DNA of 63,512 bases, filler included. It is 12 parts of 12 records of this genome, joined end to end, with 100 filler letters (N's around TTAATTAATTAA, not from the genome) between each part and the next. Parts side by side here need not be neighbours in the genome. Positions count along the whole stretch, not along the records: positions 37,354 to 41,272 come from SRR7504441_6572; positions 41,373 to 47,835 come from SRR7504441_6574; positions 47,936 to 54,978 come from SRR7504441_6581; 9 more parts are not named here. The stretch is one strand, 5' to 3'. The notes under the pieces were generated by a model. That model had not been told where the DNA came from. It made no database searches and worked only from the letters and a program-made list of their open reading frames with translations. Shown one piece after another: positions 39,164 through 51,554 of the stretch. The first letter of the stretch is position 1; each line of letters begins with the position of its first letter. A program made the position numbers and the translations under genes.

Positions 39164-39801
39164 ATGGCGTACACTATCCCGACCGCGGAGGGGGACACGG
39201 CGACGGCGATGGAAGTGTTCCATCTGTGCAAGGCCCACAACCCAGCCGCGGTCTTCTGCATCTTCCGGACCAAGAACACCAACACGGTGGTCTACAGCGC
39301 CGACGAGAACGACGCGGTGACGGTCGAGTGGCACGAGTAAGCCGCCTCCACCCCTCCCGACTGACTGAGCCGCGCAGCTACGAGAAAGCGGCCGACGGCT
39401 CGTCCCGAGCGGTTTCAATCGCACGCCAGTTCGCGTTCTGATTCCCTGCGGCCGGCAGGGACTCAACTTGATCGAGAGGAACACTGCGTTTGGCATCTCC
39501 ACGCAGGCTACCCCCGACGGCACCAAGGCGCAGCCGGTCCTCGCGGAATAGTGCTGACGTGCCTGTTGTTTTCGGTCAGGTTACGCTGACGTCGTTGAAA
39601 GACAGGGTGATTCTCGTCAAGGACGGCGTGGCCATCACCACCATCGGCGGCAATGAGGGCTGCCAATTGTTGTGTGTATATGTGATGCTAGGCTCGAGAT
39701 TGGGCATGCCCACGGTCCAGTATATCGAAATCTTTGGCCTGGGTCCAGACGGAAGCGAGGTGTATGAGAAAAAAGAACCGAGCCGCTGGAGCCTCAGGTG
39801 A
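39164..39801 (+). CDS. DUF4833-like protein
   Basis: FCIFRTKNTNTVVY, LNLIERNTAFG, PTVQYIEIFG; several short introns. Confidence 0.7.
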
Positions 39802-39959
39802 TCGACATATCTCGTACTCGTAAATCATGTGAGGTTTCAATAACATGCGGTCTCCATGATTATATTCATTTACAATGTTTATTACGACGTTATCCTGGTT
39901 GTGTCCATGCAGCCCCGTGATCAACCGAGGGCTGATATGAGGGAGCCTGAGGACTAATC

Positions 39960-40971
39960 TTAGACGTGTTTCTTTAATCCTTGCAATTGAGCCGTTGCAA
40001 GATTGGTCTTCTCGCCGACAGCCCCTCCAGTAATCGCTTGCTTGAGATTAGAGATGGCTGACGTTGCTCTTGCGATGTGATCGTTTGGATAGGGAGCCGA
40101 AGCCTCCAGCTGCACACTCTCGATATAGGTCAACAGTGAAGACGCAATCTGAACATTTGAAGGCATGGCCAGCAAACCAAGTCGCAACATTATCGTTTCG
40201 GCCACATCTGCGTGCAAGGCGGCCAGGGCTATGCTCAACTCGTCCTCCTCGAGACTGGTATCGCCTGCCCGCCGCCGTCAGTCACGAGCTGCTGGCACGT
40301 CACTCACCAACCAGCGCAAAGAATCGGTCGGTGCAGGTATGCAGGAAACTCGCCAGATCAAGCTCGTCCGAGACCGTGTTTTGGGGACATGTCAGCGCGA
40401 CGGCGCGCACTGAGGTGCACACTTGTCGCATGCGGAGCACGTGAAGTAAGGGGATCCTGTCCAGGACGAGCCTCAGCGCCTTCATCATCCGAATCCTGGG
40501 ACTCAGAGCGATGCGACTCGCCCGTCCAAACGCCATAGGTCGGCTTTGCGCCACCAGATACACGATTTCTACGGGGAGCTGATCCAGACCGACCGAGGGT
40601 CCAACCCATGTAGAGCCCGACGTGGAGACGGCATCCGAGTCTGGAGATCGGAGACGTTCACCGGTAGACACATCAGACGGCGACGTGGCGCACATGGCAT
40701 CAGACGCCCCGATGGCCGTGACAACATGGTCCTGTTCTCCGGGGCGCGCTTTGAGCGCCAGCGTCTGGTGGCGGCCATCCGAGTCCGACTGCCCGGGCTC
40801 CTGGTTGCATTTGCCCACATAGCGGACGGTGCAGGTGGCGCGGGGCGGGAAGAACCCGTCGGGCCTTGAGCTCCCAGTGCCCGCCAGCTCGCTCATCTCG
40901 AGCACGTCAAGTGCCCACGCTGGGGTCGCGGGCATATGACGTGCACACGTCTTAAAAACGGCTTGGATCAT
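39960..40971 (-). CDS. Hypothetical protein with F-box-like segment
   Basis: LDQLPVEIVYLV...LRMRQVC; two ORFs joined by a GTGAGT intron near 40307. Confidence 0.45.
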
Positions 40972-41372
40972 GATTAGCTTATGAGCTGACTGTGTAGATC
41001 TACACAGTCGTACGTATACGAGTACTACATAGCTACGATAGCTACCGGTACGTAATGTGTGTAGTAATGCGTCGATTCCTCAGGAATCGGGGTATTTAGA
41101 GTAACCAACATTTAGTCCCACGGAGGTCGTTTGGGCGCTTAAAACCTATGCGCGATAGCTCGGAAGCGCACCGGCACTACCTCGCACGGAACTCCTCGGT
41201 GTCGATCAGGTGAAAAGGAATGTTGGCGGGTCGAGGGACTGCTCATCAACCACATCCACCACACCGCCCGACNNNNNNNNNNNNNNNNNNNNNNNNNNNN
41301 NNNNNNNNNNNNNNNNTTAATTAATTAANNNNNNNNNNNNNNNNNNNNNNNNNNNNNNNNNNNNNNNNNNNN

Positions 41373-44300
41373 GCTCAGATTCGCCACGTCCGCCATCCGA
41401 ACTTAGCCGCAGAACCCTGCCCAAGGCTGCGACCAGGGTCCTCCCAGAAACGGCACAACTGCAACAACGGACAGACTGAAGCCTCTGTGGAGGGCACCGA
41501 GACGGACTGCCCAAGGCGACAGGGCACCGAGGTGGAGGCGCGTCCAGTCAAAAAGCAGAGGACACGGTTGGCAGAGGCCCCGATGGAGGTGCCCGGCCGG
41601 CCTGCCGCTCGGCCTGACCTGCCCGGGTGCCAGCCGCGCGCCGTGGCGGGTGCCAGCCCACAGTGCCCCAAGGCACGGCCGGTGTTGTGCTACGTCGGCG
41701 CCAAGGGCGAGCGGCAGATCGGGTCGGGCCGGCGGTTCGACTTCACGACAGTGATGACCGCGGTGCAGGATGCGGTGCAGTTGGAGTTTATCGTAAAGGT
41801 GATCGACGTTGACGACGTGGCCCGTCTCTTCGGCGGGGAGGCCAGCCCGGAAAAAGACCAGTGGCACACCGAGATTCAGAACTGTGACGTGCTGGTGTAC
41901 GACACCACCAGCGTGCACACCCAGTGCTGCCACCCGGCCCCGCCCATGTCACTGGCTTACTACATCGGGCTGCGCACCCCCAAACGGGACGACGACCATC
42001 AGTTGCGGGGCACGCGAGAGTTTCCCATCCCTTACCGGCTGTTCGGCCAGCTCTTCCGGCCGGTGCTCGAGAAGCACGACAGCGTTCCAGACGAGTTCAC
42101 TCAGTCGCTCGACCTTTTCGAGAAGTGGGCGCCGGTCACTGTTTTAAAGTACAGCGGAGACGACTCGCGCTGGCGGATCTGCAACGTGACGACGGCCGAC
42201 GCCGACTGCTGGAACATCCAGGACAGCGACCTGCGGGCCAACTACACGCTGCAGGAGCAGGCCAGGATAGGGGAGGCGGTGCTGTGCGCTGCAGACAGGG
42301 GCGCTTCGCTCAAGGAGCTGCTGAGGGAGTTCTTCCAGGGCGAGGAGCAACTAATGGGCGAGATCAACTGGGCAGACTTCCAGCTCTGCCTCAAGTTCGA
42401 GCGCGAGCGGGCCGCGGTCCAGACCGACTGGATCGTGGCCAAGCCGCGGAACATAGTGGCTGCGATCCCGATCACCCAGACCTTGCTCTCAGAGAGGACT
42501 AAGGCGCTCTGCGAGCCAGGCAGGGATGGGGCCGGGCTGGGGGCTGATGGGGGGGGCAGGGGCGCAGCACATTCCGGCGGCCCGGCGGCTGCACTGGAAC
42601 AATGTGCCGCTGACCAAGGCAAATGTCTACTACAGGCAGGAGACCTGGGGTGGGGAGGGCGCGCAGCCGTTCAGAGTGGGCGACTTTGTGGTGGCGGATG
42701 TGCTGATGAAAGACCCCGAGACCGGTGCCTGGCCGGAAGGGGTGGCGGTGCCGCACGATCTGACCAAGATTGATGAGAATTTTGCCTGGAAGCGGCTGCG
42801 GAAGGCCGAGGGAGGCAACAGGATCACCAGGACCATGAGCGACTCGGTCTTCTCTCGAACGTACCGCAACCTGCGATCCGGTGCCGGCCGCTCAGGCTGG
42901 ACTGACCCGCGCTGCAGGGGCGCTCGCGCTGACTAAAGCTTCGTCGCTAAACAATTTCGATAAAGACCAGGCAGCGCTGGTGAGCGTGCGGCTGCCGGGT
43001 GCAAAGCGAGCTAGGCAGGACAGGTGCGGACATACAGCGGGCTGCCAGATCTGCTCACCTCGACCGAGGAGGAGCCCACCCCGCGCCATCTGACCCGGGC
43101 CGCGTCAGTCGAGGAGGAGCAGAACGAGCAACAGAGTAAGCGGGTGCAGATCGCGCTGCAAGGGGCAGAGGAGGGCGAACAGATGCGTGCACACCCGCTC
43201 GCAAGCTATGCGCGCGAACTGATCCAGTATAGTCTGGGAGACACGCTGTCGCCCCAAAGAGGGCTGTCTCCGGAAGGTGTTGAGGCTCTGCAGAAGGCGC
43301 TTGAGCCGCTGCGGGAGGATGCGGAGAACATGGACGGCATGGTGGCGCTGAGGGAGATGTACAAGACCAAGATCCAGTCGGCCAGTCGGGCGCACGACGC
43401 CAAGAGCGAGCTGGATCGGTTGAGGGACGAGATCCTGAAGGAGACGTACAACGATCGAGCTCTCGTGCTGCATCTGATCAAGGCGTACCGAGAGGTGAAG
43501 GCGCCAGGGGGGGATGAGGAGGCAGTGAAGCTTATGGAAGCCTCGGCCAAGCTGCAGGACGTGGGGCTCGGAGACCATCGGGTGCAGATCCTGGTGGAGG
43601 GTGCCCAAGCACTCAAAAAGCTGGGGACGGATGCTGCCAAGAGCGATCTGCCTAAGGCAATAGAGTATTTGCAGCAGGCCACCAAGATTCTGGATGGCTG
43701 TGTGGAGCTCGTGCCGAATGATGAGACATTCGGAGTGCTGGGTGGGATCCACAAGAAGCTCAAGGGACTTTTTGAGAAGAAAGGGGATAAGATCAGCACT
43801 CAGACCCACTTCCTACGAGCGAGCGACTCGTATCGGAAGGGCGCCCGGGTAGATCCTGAGAAGTACTACTGTGGCATCAACTGGGCGATGCTGCTGCGCG
43901 AGCAGATTCAGGCGGAGGAGAACAGTCACATGAAGGAGACGCTCCAGGTCAGGTTTGACGACTTGATTCCAAGGCTGTGTGTGGCACTGGGCAAGTGTGC
44001 AGCGTTGGAGCCGACTCTGCACCACTCTAAGCTGATGGAAGAGTACTGGCAGGTGGCTACAGCAGTCGAATTGGCGGCGCAGACCCAGGAATGGGCAATG
44101 GGGAAGTCAGCGATGATGGTGTTATTAAAAGTGGTGCGCGAAATGCCAGTGAATGACTCGTGGATGATCAGCTCCACCTTTGAGCAGCTGCCCAATGTGT
44201 TAAGCGACCTGCAGAAAGATGAGATCCAGGTGGACGCCGTGTTCAGGTGGTGGGTGGACTTTTACTGTCAGATTTTCGATCAGAACCTCACGGAGAGGAA

Positions 44301-47249
44301 GAAGTTCCACGTGCTGCATGACGACACCAAGGCGCCTGCGATCCTGGAGATCGGAGACAACACGTTTGAGCATTCTCGGGTGTCGCTCTCTGGGGAAGAG
44401 GGGGACGCAGAAATATCTAGGGTCCAATTGCTGGTGCTCGGGGCGCTGGAAACAAAGAAGGATGATGCGAGGTGGCTGCGGATCAACTATATGGTGGGTG
44501 ATAACAAGCCCATCTCTGTCCTGTTCCCGAATGAAGCGCTGCGGATCCACTTCAGCAACAACCTGTCGAACGCTAAGGGCAAGCATCGAAGTCGCATGAT
44601 GTGCCGCGAATCCGAGAATTACTCGCATATCGACGAAGTCGACCATGCGGATCCTGGGCAACAGGGTGCAGAAGGCGCACCTTCAGTCGAGATAGACGAG
44701 CACGACCTGTCTCTGCGGAACAGGCAGAGGAAGGTGCTCGGGATGGGAACTTTCGCAAGCGTCTACCAGGCGACCAACAAAATAACGGGAAAACAGATCG
44801 CTGTGAAGGTGATGGACGCGAAGAAACTACTTAACATGTCGAATGAAGATGGCATTCGCTATGATCACTTGTTCCAAGAGATTCGAACCATGTCACAGCT
44901 GCAGCACAAGAACATTGTGCGTTACCTTGGTTGTCAGAAGGGCAAGAAGGCAACGGACTTCTACATATTCATGGAACACATGGTTGGGGGGTCTCTAAAG
45001 GATCTGCTGCAGAATAAGGGCGCGCTAGACGACAAGCTCATCGCTCGCTACACACACGACATGCTGCAGGCAATGTCGTACCTCCATTCTAACTCAATCA
45101 CTCACCGAGACATCAAAGCAGCCAATGTGCTGTTGGATGAGAACCTGACTACAGCCAAACTGGCCGACTTCGGGACTTCTCTGATCTGTGACCAGAAGCA
45201 AGGCGGTGATGATCAAATTGGAGGCAAAACTGGGGGGCTTCAGGGGTTCACACCTGCTTATGCTGCTCCTGAGGCTGTGCGTGGAGAGTGGAGTGTGGAG
45301 TCTCAGTGTGCAAACGCTGTCGACGTCTGGGCTTTAGGATGCACAGTGATTACGATGGTGACCAGCACAAGGGGCGAGGTAGCGGCAGATGCCTGGCAGC
45401 ACGCAGGTTGGTCTAGCATCAGTAAAATAGCCCACTGACCATTACGATACAGGTGATCAGATGCCAATTCATAAGGATTCGGATGACAACATGCTACAGG
45501 GGCAGCATCTGCACAAGGCAGAGGGCGAGCGTTGCTGGGTCTGCGCTCTGCAGCAAGCTCGACCACCAATGCTTCCACAGCACATGTCTCCGAGCTGCCA
45601 GGCATTCTGTGAACTATGTTTTGCACAAGATCCAGCCAAGCGGGCTAATGTTCACCGGCTGATCGACTCAATATACATTAGTACTGGTGGAGGAGTGCTC
45701 GTGCACGAGGTCCTGCGCCTTTCCATCCTCCTAGCACGGAGCCTGAGTCTCCTTGGGGCAGGGGCAAGACCAGGTCAAGCCGAACGAGGTTGGTCTGGTG
45801 AACATAAAGGGGAACTGGCATTGCGACGGACTGCTGGTGGCTGAGATCTGCGATAAGCTGCAGGAGAATCGTCTATTGAAGTCGTCGAGCGCATTCATGA
45901 TCTATTCACAGGCTGTCATCACTCGTAATGTGAAACGGCTCATAGAAAGCCTCCAGCACTCGCGATGCCAACATATATTGTTCAACATGGAGAGCAATCC
46001 ATCAGAGGATGTGCTCAAACACTTGGCTTTTCTGGGCGTTCACGTCAACCTGTCGAGAGGTAAGCATGTAAAGCTGGCACAGCAAGATGGGTTCGTACAG
46101 GTCAGCGCCTCTAGTAAACAGATGAGAAACGATGTTAATTTGTTGTTCGACAGAGTTATTGTGTTGTCGACGGCACAGCTCGCCTGTCGATGAATAAGCT
46201 TCAGGCTGCCCTGGCAGAGCATATGACGTTTAAGGTGCAAAATCTGGCCATTACTGAGCACTTGACCTGTCGAATCTGGCAGATTCATTCGAACCTCGAT
46301 TTAAAGAACCTGAAAGAGGCTATCGAAGCCAACGAGACGCGTTATGAAGCCAAGCTGCTCGTACCAGTCGAAAAGTGGAGACCGCTGGTGGAGGAAGCTC
46401 GAGCAAGTGGGCTGTTCAAGGTGAATTGCCGCACAAAACCCTCGGCCATGCCCAAAGCTTAGCCCTCGGGTCGGTTGCAGGTCACTGGACTGCACTGCCA
46501 CGTGGAGGACCCCGAGGAAGCTTTGGTCACACTCCAGAGCGAGCTGGCAGCAGTGAAGGAGGAGCTAAACCAGGACGCACCTCTCAGTGTCTGCCTGCGA
46601 GGCCTGGACGAGCACAACTGGAACAAACCGCTGTACAGCAGACTGGTGTACGAGATGGGCCAGATTTCGCACCCGATCCTAGAGGTGCTGCCACTCGCAT
46701 ATTGCTGCGGCTGAGGTGTCTGATGGGTGTGCAGATCTCACAGGATCTGTTGGAGGACGCTGCTCTTTTGATAGATCGTGTACTGCAAGTGCAGGGCTCA
46801 GCTGTTATCGTGCAGGCAAGCCAGACGCGGGCTGGGGCTAACAGTGTGAGCAGGAAGGGATGATGCATCCTGAGATGAAAGTCTGGCCATTATTTGACCC
46901 AGCTCACGTTAAGGCTGAGTCGTGTGCTGCTGAAGATGCGGACCTCGAAGAGCTGGAGGTGGAGGTGTACAGTCATCCTTCGGTGCATCATCAACAGCTG
47001 ACTATTTGCAAAAACTTTGTGAGAATGCCACACGAGGGCGACTACTTGGCATTCTATGAGCATTATCTAGCCACCTCGCAGTACATGCCTCTGTCCTCGA
47101 AGTTCCGGCAGTTCATGGTTAATGAGAACACCAAGGCTGTCGAGAAGATGCTGCCAACAAACATCGAGATGCGGCAGCCATCATCCTGGTTCCTGCGTGA
47201 TAGCGACGACCTGAGAACTTCCGGTGGTCTAAGATCTTCTGGTCGATAG
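41373..47249 (+). CDS. ASK1-like MAP3K (deoxyribohydrolase-like N-domain, TPR, PH, STE kinase) fused to a degenerate Orn/DAP/Arg decarboxylase fold; 5' possibly truncated
   Basis: CDVLVYD..SLAYYIGLR; YCGINWA; EYWQVAT; WWVDFY; VLGMGTFASVY, HRDIKAANVLL, ADFG, APE; introns 42520-42559, 42881-42917, ~42980-43023, 45407-45452, 45710-45761, 46101-46153, 46421-46480, 46685-46734, 46816-46853 give one frame. Confidence 0.85.
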
Positions 47250-47432
47250 AAGACCATGGTATAAGATCGTCACTATCGCATGGTGATACTCGTGCCTCAA
47301 CGGTGAGACCAACGATACTCGTACCTAAGCTCAATAATTACAATTATATCTAGGCATTCAAAATTACAACAAAAAGATAACTTAACGAATAAAACAGAAG
47401 TTGTAACAGGTTGTTATTGCGCCATAGGGGGT

Positions 47433-47835
47433 CTAAGAAGGAGTTACAAATTTCTCAATTAAGAAGATTCGCCTATGCGTCCTTGACACCATGCCCATAG
47501 TCGAAGGTCCTGCGCAACACATTAAATCAGCTCCCCAGCACAGGCTGCAAACTAGGATGCAGATCGCGCACCTCTTGGCATCGCTAAATCTGGCTGGCGT
47601 TAAGGTTTGCCCCGAGATATCCACAAACGCCGCCATCGCTCCGAATGCAAGCCCAGCTCCAATCCCTCGCATAGGTTTGAGAGCTGCCAGCCCAGAGCAT
47701 CAGAACCAGGGCCCGTCTCGAGCCGCTAGACAGCCGGCTAAAACGCCACAGAAGCGCACAGCCGCATACGACAGCCACTACAGGCCCTCGCCACTAGGTC
47801 GACAAGTTCAGGCGCGGTGGGTGGGGGGGGGGGGG
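47433..47835 (-). CDS. Tim17/Tim22/NDUFA11-like membrane protein, 3' fragment
   Basis: Gly/Ala-rich TM segments (GIGAGLAFGAMAAFVD); 5' truncated. Confidence 0.35.
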
Positions 47836-47935
47836 NNNNNNNNNNNNNNNNNNNNNNNNNNNNNNNNNNNNNNNNNNNNTTAATTAATTAANNNNNNNNN
47901 NNNNNNNNNNNNNNNNNNNNNNNNNNNNNNNNNNN

Positions 47936-48159
47936 GGCTTGGGCGACTCTGCCCGCGGCTTGGGCTCTGCCCGCGGCTTGGGCGACTCCTGGCGCGGGGT
48001 GGGGCCCGGTGAGGCTTCCGGGGTGGCGTAGCCGAGCGCAGGGTCTGCAGCGGCCTCGGAGCCGAAGTATTTTTCGATCTGGACCATCTCGTGGGCCGCT
48101 TGTTTCTTCTGCCGCGCCTTGTCGATCACCCCGCCCGGCTTCAAGCCCCGCTTGTACAT
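47936..48159 (-). CDS. Hypothetical protein, 3' truncated, with PKPRAE(S) repeats
   Basis: ATG 48159 preceded by AACGG motifs; coding tandem repeat at the contig edge. Confidence 0.4.
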
Positions 48160-48467
48160 GATTAGCGCTGCACCGGGCTCCCTTGCGGCTCCCCTTGCGC
48201 CAATGCGACCGTTACAACGGACAGCGCCTCAAAGATCGTTGTCAAAAGCGTGCAGGCCTAGGCCATACGTACATACTACACATATGCGTCAGTACGTGCG
48301 TGTCGCTTAATGTACTGAATCGCTACCTGCTACACGATGCTAGCGATGCAACACGGAATTCGATTGCGGCTCTAGGTCTCGCAACTTTTGAAAACTGTTT
48401 TTGTTTACATTGGATCGCTCGGAGGTAACGATCTAGGATCCAGTACTATATATAGGGATCCGGCTCA

Positions 48468-50194
48468 TCACTTGGCAATCGTGGGGATAGCCTCCGCGAG
48501 CTGCGGCGCGGCCTTCTGTGCGGCCTTGGCTTGCATTGACTGCGCGAGCCGCTTCATAACATTGCTAAATTCGCTAAAAACTCGCTTCTCCCTCGCCAGG
48601 AACCACGCACTAGGCCGGTATGGCGGTAATGTGAGTACCCCGTTGGCTTCTACTGGGGGCGAGGGCGAAGGGCCTAACGCCTGTAGCCCTGGGCTCGCAC
48701 CGGCAGCACGGCGGGGGATACCTCATCGCACAGCAGCTGTTCGGCTGCGGTGTTTGTTTCTAAAGCCTGCGCGCTCAGGCTGGGCAATTGCTCGCCCTCT
48801 GCGGCTGGCCAGCGCACAGTCGGCCCCGGCGCAGGCTGGCCAGCGCACCGTCTGCCCCGGTGCCATTCTCGTTGGTGGGTGGTTGGAGCACCGCTTGGAC
48901 TAGGCAGTTGCATACCTGCAGCCCCCATCGGCCTTCCCAAACAGCCAATCGCGACTCACATCCTGGACCATAGCGGGGGATATCAACTGGGCGGCGTGTG
49001 GGGTCAGCCCGCCGCCTTGCATGTCGCCAGGGGAGTTTCGCATCGCCGATATTTTCACCGGCGGCGGCATCGAAAGCAGTTGCTCCGCATACCCCAACTG
49101 ACGGCCCTCAGCCAGGCGCAGCGCGAGCCGGCACCCTCGGTTCGGGGACCCGAGCTCGCTTGGCGGGCGGGAGCATTGAATAGCCCACCGGGCCGGGCGT
49201 CCCCCGGCCCTGCTCGTCCGATCGCGGCGGCTGCCCTCCGTCGCCCTCCTGCCACACATTCTGACCCCCGCACTCGTCAGAGCGCAGCGCGTGCTGTCGA
49301 TGCCTGAAAGTTTTTACAGTCGATACACCTGCCCCCAGCGCTCGGCCCGGCCAACCGGGGGGCGGCTCACTTGCAATTTTCGGAGCACAGAATCCCAGCC
49401 TGCCATCACCCGAGATCACTCTCCAGAGCGGTGCGGAGAGCGGACCTGATAGCATTCGCAGTACCTCTTGAGGCAGAACGAGCGCTTGCACGCACAGCCC
49501 TTGTTGTGCTTCCCGCCGTCCTCCTGGCCAGCCGCCGTCAGCCACCCGTACAGCAGGCCGCTACAACCCTCCCGTCGCCTCCAATTTTGGGCCTGAAGGC
49601 GTCCGGATTCCTATCGAGAATCGACTCTATCGCTTCCTTCCTTATATCGTCGTTGATCTGACCGGAGCGGCTTGTCGACGGCCGGGCGGCGGGGCACCTC
49701 GTTGTTGCAGCAATTGGAGCAGTTGCAATTGGGGTTACAGTACACGCCCGACGCGAAGCACTCGCAGTACAGCTTTAGGCAGCGGGAGTTCTTGCAATTG
49801 CACTGCTTGTTCTTGCGAGGGGTGCCGTCCTTGTCCCCGAAACGCGACCCGCCCATCACCACCGGGGAGGCCGCGGCCGAGATCGGGCGGCGCGCCACCC
49901 TGCTGCACCGCCGGTCAGCTGGAGGCGGACGGGCCAAGAATGGCACCGGGCCTGTGGCTGCGAGGGCGGGACAGAGGCCGCGGACTCGGCGGCCATCATC
50001 GACATCATCAGCAGCCCGGGCGAGGCTGGCTGGGTCCCTCGAGCCGAGCTGAGCCCGGTCAGCCGCGCCCGGCCGGCGGGGCACCCGGCGGGCTTGGGAG
50101 CCGGTGAGATCTCGGTAGCGATGGGCAAGCCGTCGGCGGAGGAGTCTGTAGGGCGGGTGAGCGGCAGCCGCTGGCCCGGGCTGCCTGGCTGCAT
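48468..50194 (-). CDS. LIN54: Tesmin/TSO1-like CXC (CRC) domain protein, DREAM subunit
   Basis: [26 protein letters not shown] linker, [19 protein letters not shown]; multi-exon, ends approximate. Confidence 0.88.
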
Positions 50195-50320
50195 GGTCGC
50201 GCCAACTTGAGCGGCCCTGATCTCAGCGCGCCAAGACAATGGAGCGAGCCGCGCCAACTGACTCGAAAACAAACTTTGGAACTGCCAGGCGACTTCTTCC
50301 GTTGGAACTGCCTGCACGCA

Positions 50321-51354
50321 ATGCAGTGGACCGCGGTGCCGGGGGACGCGAGCTGGCTGGACGAGGCGCTGAGCATAACCTGCAACCCGACGCACACCCG
50401 GCCGGTCCCGGCGCCCGCCAGTTTTAGCTTTTTCCTAGTCCCGGATCCCGCCCGCTCGCGCAAGGCGGTCGGCTGCGCGATCTTCTTCCCAATGCCCCAC
50501 CGCGCCGGTCCCCGGGCATCCGACCCTTCGGAGCCGCGCTGATCCGGCCGGCAGCTATGGCTGGACAACATTGTCACCCGCCCGGCCCACCGCCGCCGCG
50601 GCGTCGCCCGAGCCCTGATGGGTCGGCTGGCCGCCGCAGGGCGCGAGAGCGGCCTGCCGCTGCGCTGGAAGGCGGGCCGACGGGGGCGCCGGGCTGATTG
50701 TGCCGGCAGGTTCCGGCTGACTACGCGGGGGCGATCGCACTTTACGAGTCCCTCGGGGCGCGGCGGGTGGACAAGGAAGAGCTGAGGATGGTGTGGGACT
50801 TCGGGCAGTACCGCCGGCTGGCGGCCGGTCAGCCGACAGAGGCCAGTGCTCTGGGCGGGCGGCGCGGAGGCTGGGGGCAGTGGGCGTGCCGGGAGCTCCA
50901 GCCGGGAGATTTGCGGGGGCTGGACGGGATCTGCTGGATGGAGCAAGCTGATCTGGCGCGGCTGGTGTCTGGCCGGTCGGGTGGCCTGGAGCCGAGCGGC
51001 AGGGGGCGGAGGCCTGGGTGGTGGTGCTGGGAGAGACGCCGGTCGGCTGGATGCTGCTCTGCGCTAGGTGCGGCTGGGCCGGCCGGCGAGTGATTGAATT
51101 TAAGGCATTCGACTTGGGCCGGTCGCCGACTGGTGGTTGGGCACCTGGAAGTGCTCCCGGAGTGGCGGGAGCGCGGGGCCGGCCAGGCCATGCTCCGGCA
51201 CGCGGCGTCGGCTGCCAAGCGGTTTGGGGCCGAGGCGATTGAGTTCGAAGCGCCGCGGGGGGATGCTGAAGCGGGCCTGGGGTTTCTGAGGCGGTTTGGG
51301 GCGACCCCGGACCCGGACGACGACTATATCGAGTTCAAGTGGGAACCGCCTTGA
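50321..51354 (+). CDS. Tandem GNAT acetyltransferase
   Basis: LDNIVTRPAHRRRGVARAL..AIALYESLG and LEVLPEWRERGAGQAML..FLRRFG; GC-AG intron 50672-50709. Confidence 0.8.
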
Positions 51355-51554
51355 TTAGATAAAATGCCAGCATTGCCGCTACTAGCTAGTGCGGGTTTAT
51401 AAACAGCGAAGCAGGCGAGCAGGCGCCCTCACGACCTCGCGGCACTGTCAGTCTTCTCTTCCGTTGAGGCGATCGCATGAATGGTTGCGGAGCGCTGTGT
51501 GGACTGGGCTGGGCTGACCTCTAGGACGAGTGGCGGGCCGTAGCGTCCAGGGAG

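Noticed and set aside
41465-41471. CAACGGA as the promoter of the ASK-like gene
   Set aside because: The frame is open back to the contig edge at 41373, so it may be coding; excluded from the motif tally
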